Source: an uncultured Candidatus Rokubacteria bacterium (GTDB lineage: Bacteria > Methylomirabilota > Methylomirabilia > Rokubacteriales > DASRDR01). Taken from it: a stretch of DNA of 64,000 nt. The stretch spans positions 512,001 to 576,000 of the forward strand of contig CAVPSB010000018.1 of assembly GCA_963708025.1 (NCBI GenBank), written 5' to 3'. Made by a program: the position numbers and the translations under genes. Under the pieces are notes generated by a model that saw only the letters and a list, made by a program, of their open reading frames with translations, did not search any database and was not told where the DNA came from. Positions 1-8,495 of the stretch are shown here, one piece after another (positions within the stretch are counted from its first letter, which is position 1; every line of letters begins with the position of its first letter).

Positions 1-1132
1 GAACCTGGACGCGCTGAACCATCGTGACGCCGAGGTGCTGCTCCTCCGAGAAGGTGACGGGCGGAAGCGCACCCGTCTCGTAGTTCTTCAGCGAGTGGAG
101 GGACTTGACGAACGCCTCGCGAGTGATCGGGCCCTTGATCCGGGAGATCGCCTCGACGAAGACCTTGGCCGAGGCCCACGTGAAGAGGGACTGGAAGTCC
201 GGCTTCGCGTCGGGGAAGTACTTCGCCAGGGCCTCACGGTACTCCTTGACGGCCGGATGGTCCGACGTGGGCGGGAGCACGAAGGAAACGGACCGGAAGC
301 CTTCCACGGCGCCCTTGCCCAGCTCCAGCACGTCGGTGGAGGCGTTCGGCGCGTAGCTGTACAGGCTCGTCTTGAAGTTCTGGCGGGCCAGCTCCTTGGC
401 GAGGGCGACGACCTCGAGCGTGGGCAGAATCGCGACGACCGCGTCCGGCTTGGCGGTCGCGACCTGCAGGGCGATCGGGACATAGTCGGCCGTCCCCAGC
501 TTGACGGGCAGCAGCTTCACCGTCGCCGCCGGCACCGAGGTCTTCAGGCCGGGCTCGACGTTCTTCGCGACGGTCTCGAAGGCGGCGGGATCGTTGTGCA
601 CCACGAGGACGTTCTTGGCCCCCTCCTTGCCCGCCCATCGCCCCAGCGCCTGGGCCTGCTCCTCGTAGAGCGTCAGGACCCCATAGAGATTCTCCTTGGG
701 CGGCTTCCACCAGCTCCCGAGACCGCCGTAGGTGTTGATCAGCGGCACCTTGGCCTCGTCCAGGACGTAGCGAAAGGCGGCCTGCGTCTGGGCCGTTCCG
801 TTGGCGTTCACGATGGCGAACACCTGGTCGCGCTCGATGAGCTTCCGTGCGGCGGCGACCGTCCGCTGGGGGTCGTAGACGTTGTCCTCCACGATCCACT
901 CGATCTTGCGGCCGTTGATGCCACCCCGGTCGCCGATCATCTTGAAGTACGCCTCGGTGCCCTTGCGCTGGGCCGTCCCGGCATAGGCGATGGGCCCGCT
1001 GAGGGGAAGCCACGCGCCGATCCTGATGGTCTTGTCCGTGATCCCGGGAGCGCTCTGGGTCCATCCGGTGTGGGGTAGGAGGAGCGTGGCCAGCAGTGCG
1101 GTTCCAACAGCCAGTTTCCGGGCCGGTCTCAT
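1..1132 (-). CDS. Branched-chain/Liv-type ABC transporter substrate-binding protein (3' end runs off window)
   Basis: Own translation from ATG 1132 (SD GGAGAGGA): MRPARKLAVGTALLATLLLPHTGWTQSAPGITDKTIRIGAWLPLSGP...GGINGRKIEWIVEDNVYDPQRTVAAARKLIERDQVFAIV. Signal peptide present; paralog of 10584..11780. Not in the ORF track because it has no stop inside the window. Confidence 0.9.
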   Translation of the reverse strand, partial: MRPARKLAVGTALLATLLLPHTGWTQSAPGITDKTIRIGAWLPLSGPIAYAGTAQRKGTEAYFKMIGDRGGINGRKIEWIVEDNVYDPQRTVAAARKLIERDQVFAIVNANGTAQTQAAFRYVLDEAKVPLINTYGGLGSWWKPPKENLYGVLTLYEEQAQALGRWAGKEGAKNVLVVHNDPAAFETVAKNVEPGLKTSVPAATVKLLPVKLGTADYVPIALQVATAKPDAVVAILPTLEVVALAKELARQNFKTSLYSYAPNASTDVLELGKGAVEGFRSVSFVLPPTSDHPAVKEYREALAKYFPDAKPDFQSLFTWASAKVFVEAISRIKGPITREAFVKSLHSLKNYETGALPPVTFSEEQHLGVTMVQRVQV

Positions 1133-1194
1133 TGCGTGTCTCCTCTCCGGAGCCTGCCGTGGGTCTGCGCGTCCACGAACGGTGAAGCGCCGGG

Positions 1195-1977
1195 TCAGCG
1201 CCCTCGCCAGACCGGCTGGCGCTTCTCGAGGAACGCCTGCACGCCCTCCTTGGCGTCCTCCATGTGATGGAACACATTGGCCGCCATGTGCTCCAGCACC
1301 ATGAGCGTGTGGCTGTCGGCGTCCATCCCGCAGTTGAGCGCCATCTTGGTCATCCGCATGGCAAAGGGACTCTTGTCGATCAGGGGGGCGAGAAACTCCT
1401 CCAGCAGGTGGTCGAGCTTCGACGTCGGCGCCGCGTCGTTCACCAGCCCCCAGTCGGCCGCCTGGCGCCCGCTCAGCAGCTTGGCGGTGAGCATCAGCTC
1501 CTTGGAGCGTCGCATTCCGATGATGCGCGGCAGGCGATAGATAGGGCCGGCCCCGCCGAAGAGCGAGCGCCGGAGGTGGAAGTCGCCGATCTTCGCGTCG
1601 TCGGCCGCCAGGGCAAAGTCACAGGAAATCATCAGCTCGAAGCCTCCGGCCACCGCATACCCTTCTACCACGGCGATGGTCGGCTTGGCCATGGAGTAGG
1701 CGTGATCGAAGGTGCGCGCCGACTTGACGATCAGATCCATGGAGGCGCTGGACGTCTTCAAGAAATCCGAGTCGAGCATGTCGAGGTCGGCGCCCGCCGA
1801 GAAGTTGCCGCCCCGCCCCCGCACCACGACGGCCCGGGCCTCCTGGTCGTCTTCTGCCCGCTTGAGGGCGTCCCCGAACTGGGTCAGCTGCTCCCAGTTG
1901 AAGCAGTTGCGCCTCTCAGGCCGATTCAGCCAGATCGTCACGACGCTGCCGCTGCGCTCGTACTGGACGTCCCCCAT
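1195..1977 (-). CDS. Enoyl-CoA hydratase/isomerase (crotonase) family protein
   Basis: LNRPERRN, FSAGADL, VEGYAVAGGFEL and C-terminal EGVQAFLEKRQPVW motifs. Confidence 0.92.
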   Translation of the reverse strand: MGDVQYERSGSVVTIWLNRPERRNCFNWEQLTQFGDALKRAEDDQEARAVVVRGRGGNFSAGADLDMLDSDFLKTSSASMDLIVKSARTFDHAYSMAKPTIAVVEGYAVAGGFELMISCDFALAADDAKIGDFHLRRSLFGGAGPIYRLPRIIGMRRSKELMLTAKLLSGRQAADWGLVNDAAPTSKLDHLLEEFLAPLIDKSPFAMRMTKMALNCGMDADSHTLMVLEHMAANVFHHMEDAKEGVQAFLEKRQPVWRGR

Positions 1978-2304
1978 TGCGTCAGATCCTTCCCCGGCCC
2001 TCAGGGCCTGCCGTGCGTGTGTGCTTCAGCGTGCCGCAACCGGCTCCGACCGTCCGTGCGGTCCCACGCCACTCGACCCGGCCCGCCGCCCGGAAGGCGT
2101 CGCCGGTTCGCGTCCTCGGGAGCAGTGCGCTGCGTCTCCAGCGACCCTGCGGCGTGACTTCGGCCGAGAAGGTCACCTGCGGGTCCTCGCGGGAGGGGGG
2201 TGTCGTCGGCAGCCGCGGGTCGCGACAGTGCGGACAGTCATGGCTCACACCCTTGTGAGAGGGTCTCGGGCGAATGGCTCACCGCCGCTGCGCCCCGGAC
2301 TGGG

Positions 2305-2350
2305 GCCGACCGGCGAGTCAACTCTATGGCCCCGTCCAAATCCTTGTCAA
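2305..2350 (-). promoter_or_regulatory. Sigma70 promoter (TTGACA-18-TAGAGT) with downstream TetR-type operator GCCGACCGGCGAGT
   Basis: -35 at 2350..2345, -10 at 2326..2321, operator 2305..2318; points into the crotonase and SBP genes. Confidence 0.7.
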
Positions 2351-2429
2351 GGGGGGCCTCGCGCGCGGAACCGGACCGGCCGGTAGCTCGGACGGCTCGC
2401 CCTGTCGACGCAATCACGCCATTCCCCCC

Positions 2430-2481
2430 TTGACAGGCAAGGACTGCCCGATGTAAGGGTCAGACCGACCGGCTGGTCGGG
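2430..2481 (+). promoter_or_regulatory. Sigma70 promoter (TTGACA-18-TAAGGG) with operator ACCGACCGGCTGGT(CGGG)
   Basis: TTGACA at 2430..2435; operator 2464..2481 just after the -10 region; upstream of the acyl-CoA dehydrogenase. Confidence 0.6.
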
Positions 2482-2661
2482 CACGTTGAGGCGCCGCGCC
2501 GGCTTCCCGAGGGGCGTCACCTCGCGCCGCCCAGGCCGCGGGAGCGCCGGCGAGCCCGGGCACCGCGGCCCCGCTGGTCCGGTGTGCCGGCGGTCGGTCT
2601 GCGGCACTCGCGATCGCGCAGGGCACCGCATGCCCGACAGCGAACTCTGGAGGGAGCGACG

Positions 2662-3870
2662 ATGGACTTCGAATACTCGGCGCGCACGAAGATGTACATG
2701 GCGCAGCTCACCGACTTCATGGACAAGCACGTCTACCCCAACGAAGCGACGTTCCAGCAGCAGCTCGGGTCTGGCCCTGCCCGCTGGCAGGTGCCTCCGA
2801 TCATGGAGGAACTGAAGCAGCGAGCGCGGGAGCGCGGGCTCTGGAACCTCTTCCTGCCCGAGAGCGAGCACGGCGCGGGCCTCACCAACCTGGAATACGC
2901 TCCTCTGTGCGAGATCATGGCGCGCTCGCCGATCGGGTCCGAGGTGTTCAACTGCTCCGCACCCGACACCGGCAACATGGAGGTGCTGGTTCGCTACGGC
3001 ACCCCGGAGCAGAAGAAGCAGTGGCTCGATCCCTTGCTCGAGGGTACCATCCGCTCCGCCTTCGCCATGACCGAGCCGAAGGTCGCCTCGTCCGACGCCA
3101 CCAACATCGAGGCCTCGATCGTGCGCGACGGGGACGAGTATGTCATCAACGGCCACAAATGGTGGACCTCGGGAGCCGGCGACCCGCGATGCAAGCTCCT
3201 GATCTTCATGGGAAAGACCGACCCCGGCCACCCCGACCGTCACAAGCAGCAGTCGATGATCCTGGTGCCCCGCGACGCGCCCGGCATCACGATCCTGCGC
3301 CTGCTGAACGTCTTCGGGTACGACGACGCCCCGCACGGGCACGGCGAGGTCCTCTTCGAGAACGTCCGCGTCCCCGCCTCCAACATGCTGCTCGGCGAGG
3401 GACGCGGTTTCGAGATCGCCCAGGGACGCCTGGGGCCCGGCCGCATTCACCACTGCATGCGCCAGATCGGGGTCGCCGAGCGCGCCCTCGAGCTCATGTG
3501 CCGGCGAGCCCAGGAGCGCGTCGTCTTCGGAAAGAGGCTCAGCGAGAACGACATCACGCTGGAGCGCATCGCCCAGTCACGCATCGAGCTCGACCAGGCG
3601 CGGCTGCTCGTCCTGCACGCGGCGTGGATGATGGACACCGTCGGCAACAAGGCCGCCCGACAGGCGATCGCCGCCATCAAGGTCGCGGTGCCGAACATGG
3701 TCCTGAGCGTGCTCGACCGCGCCATGCAGCTCCACGGCGGCGGCGGCGTCAGCCAGGCCTTTCCGCTCGCCGCCATGTGGGCCCACGCCCGCACCACGCG
3801 CTTCGCCGACGGTCCCGACGAGGTCCACCGGCGCCAGATCGGGCGGCTCGAGCTCCGGAAGTACGCGTAG
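2662..3870 (+). CDS. Acyl-CoA dehydrogenase (ACAD10/ACAD11/LvaC-like)
   Basis: [71 protein letters not shown] before ATG 2662. Confidence 0.93.
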   Translation: MDFEYSARTKMYMAQLTDFMDKHVYPNEATFQQQLGSGPARWQVPPIMEELKQRARERGLWNLFLPESEHGAGLTNLEYAPLCEIMARSPIGSEVFNCSAPDTGNMEVLVRYGTPEQKKQWLDPLLEGTIRSAFAMTEPKVASSDATNIEASIVRDGDEYVINGHKWWTSGAGDPRCKLLIFMGKTDPGHPDRHKQQSMILVPRDAPGITILRLLNVFGYDDAPHGHGEVLFENVRVPASNMLLGEGRGFEIAQGRLGPGRIHHCMRQIGVAERALELMCRRAQERVVFGKRLSENDITLERIAQSRIELDQARLLVLHAAWMMDTVGNKAARQAIAAIKVAVPNMVLSVLDRAMQLHGGGGVSQAFPLAAMWAHARTTRFADGPDEVHRRQIGRLELRKYA

Positions 3871-3934
3871 AGCCGGTCGCGGCGGCACGACGGCGCGCGG
3901 CGACCTCGGGTGTCGGGTTCGGCCCGCGCGCCGG

Positions 3935-5071
3935 TCAGCGGCTCGCGGCCCGCGGCCCGCCGCCTCCCGCGAGGCCGGAGAATTCGACCACCCCCCAGGC
4001 GGCCTCGGCCAGCGGGCGGGCCCGCTCGCCCTGGGCGCGCGCGTTCGGGTCATTCGCGGTGCCCGCGATCACCCGACCCATGATGCCCTGAAGGATGGCC
4101 GCCACGCGAAACATCGCGAAGGCGACGTAGAAATCCCAGTCCGGGATGCTCGTCCGGCCGGTCCGCTCGCAGTAGGTCGCGACGTACTCCTCTTCGGTCG
4201 GGATCCCCGGAGGGATCTGTCCCACGAGACCGTCATAGAAGATCGTCCGGGGCAGGCGGTACGGCAGGCAGGTGTAGCCCAGGTCCGCGAGCGGATGTCC
4301 CAGGGTGGAGAGCTCCCAGTCGAGGACGGCGACGATGCGGGGCTCGGTGGGATGGACGATCATGTTCCCGAGCCGGTAGTCGCCGTGGACCAGCGTCGTC
4401 TCGTCACCCGGCGGGATGTGCTCGGGCATCCAGGCGATGAGCCGCTCCATGGCCTCGATCGTCTCGGTCTCCGACGCGCGGTACTGCGAGGTCCAGCGAT
4501 GGATCTGCCGCGCGAAGTAGTTGCCGGTCTTCCCGAAGTCGGCGAGGCCGCACGCCCGCCAGTCGACGGTGTGCAGCCGCGCCAGCACCGCGTTCGTCGC
4601 GTCGTAGAGCGCCGCTCGTTCCGCGGGCGCTTGCTCGGGGAGCCCGGAATCCGTCAGGATGCGGCCGGGCACGTACGCCATGACGTAGAACGGCGTGCCG
4701 ATGACCCCGGGGTCCTCGCAGAGCACGTACGTTCTGGGGACGGGGACGCCGCTCCCCGCGAGCGCGGTCATCACCCGGTATTCGCGGTCAACCGCGTGGG
4801 CCGACTGCAACAGCTTTCCCGGTGGTTTGCGGCGCAAGACGTACTCGGCGCCGGGCGTGGCGAGCCAGTAGGTCGGGTTCGACTGGCCCCCGCGAAACTG
4901 GCGCAGGGAGACCGGGCCCCGGAAACCCGGAACGGATCCTTCCAGGTACCGCGCGAGTGCCGTGAGGTCGAGGTGATCGCCGGCCAGTACCTCGACGGTT
5001 TCGCGGGGCGGGGCGGCACTCACCGAAGGGGAGTCACCGCCGGCGGGGATGGACTCGTGCCGGTGGCCCAT
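3935..5071 (-). CDS. APH-family phosphotransferase (ACAD10/11 N-terminal kinase / LvaA-like)
   Basis: QFRGGQSNPTY, LRRKPPGKLLQSAHAVDREYRVM, LVHGDYRLGNM, VLDWELSTLGHPLADL. Confidence 0.92.
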   Translation of the reverse strand: MGHRHESIPAGGDSPSVSAAPPRETVEVLAGDHLDLTALARYLEGSVPGFRGPVSLRQFRGGQSNPTYWLATPGAEYVLRRKPPGKLLQSAHAVDREYRVMTALAGSGVPVPRTYVLCEDPGVIGTPFYVMAYVPGRILTDSGLPEQAPAERAALYDATNAVLARLHTVDWRACGLADFGKTGNYFARQIHRWTSQYRASETETIEAMERLIAWMPEHIPPGDETTLVHGDYRLGNMIVHPTEPRIVAVLDWELSTLGHPLADLGYTCLPYRLPRTIFYDGLVGQIPPGIPTEEEYVATYCERTGRTSIPDWDFYVAFAMFRVAAILQGIMGRVIAGTANDPNARAQGERARPLAEAAWGVVEFSGLAGGGGPRAASR

Positions 5072-5107
5072 TCCTCGACCTCCCGCAACCAGGTACCCGG
5101 TCCGTTT

Positions 5108-5515
5108 CTACGGCCGCGTCGGTCCGCCCCTCGCGGCGTCACCCGCGCGGCTCAGGGCCTCTGCCCAGAGCTGGTAGGCCCGTCCCTGAGCCTGGGTCAG
5201 CCGCGTCACCGCTTCCTGAAGCTCCGCCGGTGGGGCGCCCGCGGCGAGCGCGAGGGGCAGTCGCATCCAGGCTGTCCCGGCCGCGATCGCAGCCTCCTGC
5301 AGCTCGCGCATGACCTTCACCGCCTCGCCCGTCCCGCCGGCTCCAGGAGGGTTCGCCCCGGCGATCCAGGTCCGCCCAACTTCACCCCACCCGCGCGCCG
5401 CGTTATTCCAGAACTCCTGACCCTGCCGCCAGCCCTCCATGAGCGCGCGCTGACCGGCCTCCCAGATCTCCCCCATCGCCTGCGAGCCAGATCCCCACTC
5501 CGCTTGTGCGGTCAT
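5108..5515 (-). CDS. Hypothetical amphipathic helical protein (possible lipid/PHA granule-associated)
   Basis: 135-aa ORF with SD GGGAGAA; W/Q/E/A-rich helical pattern; co-oriented downstream of WS/DGAT and GNAT. Function is inference. Confidence 0.6.
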   Translation of the reverse strand: MTAQAEWGSGSQAMGEIWEAGQRALMEGWRQGQEFWNNAARGWGEVGRTWIAGANPPGAGGTGEAVKVMRELQEAAIAAGTAWMRLPLALAAGAPPAELQEAVTRLTQAQGRAYQLWAEALSRAGDAARGGPTRP

Positions 5516-5581
5516 GGCCGTTCTCCCTTCTCGCGTCCCGGCCGCCGTCCGCCGCCCGCCGGGAGTCAACCGACCGATTGA

Positions 5582-6163
5582 TCAGTCGGCGCTGGCTGTG
5601 AGCCCTTCCACATCGTACGACATCACCACGAGGTCCCGCGTGCGCCCGGCCCGATCGATCACGAAGTCCTGCAAGAGGGCCTCCGGCCGGAACCCGAGCC
5701 GCTCGAGCATGGCCGCGGCGCGCTGCTGTTCCGCGGTCATGTGCGCGACGATCTTCCGCAGGCCGACATCGCGGGCCCCGGCGAAGATCTCCCCCGCCAG
5801 AGCACGCCCGAGGCCCTGCGAGCGGTAGCGGGGTCCGACCTGAATGCGGATCTCGCCCAGGTGCCGTTGCCAGGTCGTCTCGTGGTAGTGGAGTGACGCG
5901 TAACCCGCCACATCGCCGTTCGCCTCCGCGATGAGCGTGATCGTGCGACCAGCCGCCACGTTGCGCACCCACTCCGCGACGATGGCCGGATCGGTGATGT
6001 CGCTGCGGAGGAACAGCAGATCCTCCTCGGGCAGCGAGCGGGCAAAGGCGACGATCCGCGCCGCGTCGCCAGCCGTCATCATACGCAAGCCCACGGTCGT
6101 CCCGTTCTCGAGCTTGACGGTCCGCGGGTACTCTCGCCGGAACTTCTGCGTTCGCTCGTCCAT
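5582..6163 (-). CDS. GNAT-family N-acetyltransferase
   Basis: Acetyl-CoA-binding motif VGPRYRSQGLGRAL and C-terminal LERLGFRPEA. Confidence 0.88.
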   Translation of the reverse strand: MDERTQKFRREYPRTVKLENGTTVGLRMMTAGDAARIVAFARSLPEEDLLFLRSDITDPAIVAEWVRNVAAGRTITLIAEANGDVAGYASLHYHETTWQRHLGEIRIQVGPRYRSQGLGRALAGEIFAGARDVGLRKIVAHMTAEQQRAAAMLERLGFRPEALLQDFVIDRAGRTRDLVVMSYDVEGLTASAD

Positions 6164-6169
6164 CGACTG

Positions 6170-7693
6170 TCACCTCGGGGATGAGGGGTCAGATCGCCGA
6201 TCCACCGGCAAATCGTCAACTCTGGGCCCGATGTCAACTCCGACTGAGGCGGGGCGGTGGGCGGGCTCCCCGACCGTCGGCGGGGGGGAGGCGGCCGCCA
6301 GCCCCGCAGCCGCACGAAGCTCAGCGAACGACTCTTCGAGGCAGGCCGCGTAAAACCAGCCGTCCGGGATCAGCTTCGCGTCGAGCGTCGCGCCGATGAT
6401 CAGCCGCTGGTCGTAGGTCAGGATCGAGTTGAAGAGCGCGATTCCCCCGCCCAGCGGTCCGATCGGATACCAGGCGACCATCTTTCGCCCGGCGAGATAG
6501 AGCGGAATCTGCGGGCCTGGCGTGTTCGTGCAGACCGTGTTGACGGCCGGATCCGGCTGGGTCAGTTGCGCGGTGAGGGCTTGCCACGAGGGCGGGATCC
6601 CGTTGGCCAGATCGCGGAGGGCGTAGAGCCCTCCGGCCTGGTCCTGGCTCTTCAGCCGATCCATCGCCGCCCGCTGGGCCGCCAGGCGCTCGACCGGACC
6701 GGTGATCCCCACGTAGAGGGGCGCGATCATCATCGAGACGAGGTTCCCCAAGGCGCCGCCCTGGTCCGGGCGCCGCATGCTCACCGGGCACATCGCACGC
6801 AACTCGACCCCATCGGTCGGGTAGCCGTGCGCCCGGAGATAGCGACCGAGCCCTCCCGCGATGACCGCCAGCGCCAGGTCGTTCACGGTGCCCCCGAGGA
6901 CGGACTTGATGGCCCGGACCTCGGCGAAGGAGAACTGGGCCCACACGGCGCGCCGCTCGCCCGAGAGCGGGCCGCTGAACGGCACCCGCGGCGCCGGCTG
7001 CAGGACCGCCGGCATCGCCGTCGTCGCGGCGTCCATGAGCCGCCGCACGCGCTGATCCAGGTCCTCCGGGCGCAGGAGGCGGAAGCTCTCGTCCGTCCAC
7101 CGCTCGGCGGCCTCGGTCAGCTGCTCGCGCACCGCGTCCTGCAGCAGCGTCAGCGGGTCGGGCAGGGGCCTCGGCTCCCAGGCCGTGGTGGGCAGCGCCG
7201 GCGGCGGGGCGTCCGGCCGAAGGTCGTGCGGGACCACGGTCAGCTGGACGCCCGACACGCCGTCCACCATGCAGTGGTGGATCTTCCAGAGAATGGCCGT
7301 GCTGCCGTCGGGACGCCCCTGGAGCACGATCAGCTTCCACAGGGGGCGCCGTCGATCCAGCGCGATCTCGTGGAGGCGCCCGACCACCTCGGCGAGCGCC
7401 CGATCGTCCGCGGGTGGCGGGATCGTCGCTTCGTCGACCTGGTGCCGAATGTCGAAGTCCGGATCGTCCTCCCAGGTCGGATGCGCCAGCCCGAAGGGCG
7501 GAAAGACCACTTTCTGCCGGTAGCGGGGCATGAGATGCATGCGACTCAGGAGCAACTCCATCGTCTCCTCACGGGAGATGTGCCCGTCGTACACGGTGCA
7601 GGAGGCTACGTGCATGGGCTCGTTGGGCTTCTCCTGGTACAGGAACGAGGCATCCAGAGCGCTGAGGCGATTGGTCGGACGTCCCGGTGCCAT
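6170..7693 (-). CDS. Wax ester synthase/diacylglycerol acyltransferase (WS/DGAT)
   Basis: N-terminal RLSALDASFL...PMHV, LDRRRPLW, catalytic HHCMVDG (HHxxxDG), GTVNDLAL, TNTPGPQIPLY. Confidence 0.93.
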   Translation of the reverse strand: MAPGRPTNRLSALDASFLYQEKPNEPMHVASCTVYDGHISREETMELLLSRMHLMPRYRQKVVFPPFGLAHPTWEDDPDFDIRHQVDEATIPPPADDRALAEVVGRLHEIALDRRRPLWKLIVLQGRPDGSTAILWKIHHCMVDGVSGVQLTVVPHDLRPDAPPPALPTTAWEPRPLPDPLTLLQDAVREQLTEAAERWTDESFRLLRPEDLDQRVRRLMDAATTAMPAVLQPAPRVPFSGPLSGERRAVWAQFSFAEVRAIKSVLGGTVNDLALAVIAGGLGRYLRAHGYPTDGVELRAMCPVSMRRPDQGGALGNLVSMMIAPLYVGITGPVERLAAQRAAMDRLKSQDQAGGLYALRDLANGIPPSWQALTAQLTQPDPAVNTVCTNTPGPQIPLYLAGRKMVAWYPIGPLGGGIALFNSILTYDQRLIIGATLDAKLIPDGWFYAACLEESFAELRAAAGLAAASPPPTVGEPAHRPASVGVDIGPRVDDLPVDRRSDPSSPR

Positions 7694-7721
7694 GGTCCCT
7701 TCCTCCGCCAACAGGGATCTG

Positions 7722-8462
7722 TCAGCGTATGCTGCGACCGCCGTCGACCGGCACCGCCAGGCCCGTCATGAACGCGCCTTCGTCGCTGGCCAGAAAGGCG
7801 ATCGCGGACGCGACCTCCTCGGGCTGGCCGAGCCGCCCCAGCGGGTGTTTGGCGATCGACGCGGCGAGGACGGCCCCCGGATCGCCCAGGTTGGCCGCCA
7901 TGCCGCGCAGCATTCCGGTGTCGATCGAGCCGGGACAGACACAGTTGACCCGGATGTTGTCGGCCGCGTGATCGATGGCGAGCGCCATGGTCAGCGCGAC
8001 GACGCCGCCCTTGGACGCGGCGTACGCGACGAGCCGCGAGTTGCCGCGCAGCGCGTTGATCGAGGCGCTGTTGACGATGGCGCCGCCGCCGCGGCGGCGC
8101 ATGAGCGGGATCGCCGCCCGACAGCCGAGAAACGTGCCGGTCAGGTTGACGGCCAGCGTCTCTTCCCAGAGATCGAGCCCGGTTTCCTCGGCCGACCCGA
8201 CGCGCGACACGCCGGCCACGTTGACCAGGATGTCGAGGCCGCCGTACCGGTCGAGCGCATGGCGCGCGACGCCGGACCACCCCTCTTCCCGGCTGACGTC
8301 GAAGAGGACGCTGTCCACACCATCGAGGGCGGCACGCTGCGCCGGCGTCTGGATCCCGCCGATCACGCGGCAGCCTTCCTGGTGGAGGCGCCGGGCCGTC
8401 GCCAGACCGATGCCGCTGCCGGCGCCGGTCACCAGCGCCACCTTCCCCGGCAATCCCTGCAT
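7722..8462 (-). CDS. Short-chain dehydrogenase/reductase
   Basis: TGAGSGIG, NVAG, YAASK, RVNCVCPG. Confidence 0.92.
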   Translation of the reverse strand: MQGLPGKVALVTGAGSGIGLATARRLHQEGCRVIGGIQTPAQRAALDGVDSVLFDVSREEGWSGVARHALDRYGGLDILVNVAGVSRVGSAEETGLDLWEETLAVNLTGTFLGCRAAIPLMRRRGGGAIVNSASINALRGNSRLVAYAASKGGVVALTMALAIDHAADNIRVNCVCPGSIDTGMLRGMAANLGDPGAVLAASIAKHPLGRLGQPEEVASAIAFLASDEGAFMTGLAVPVDGGRSIR

Positions 8463-8495
8463 GCCCTTGCTCCCGCGCTCGAACCCCGAGTGCTG

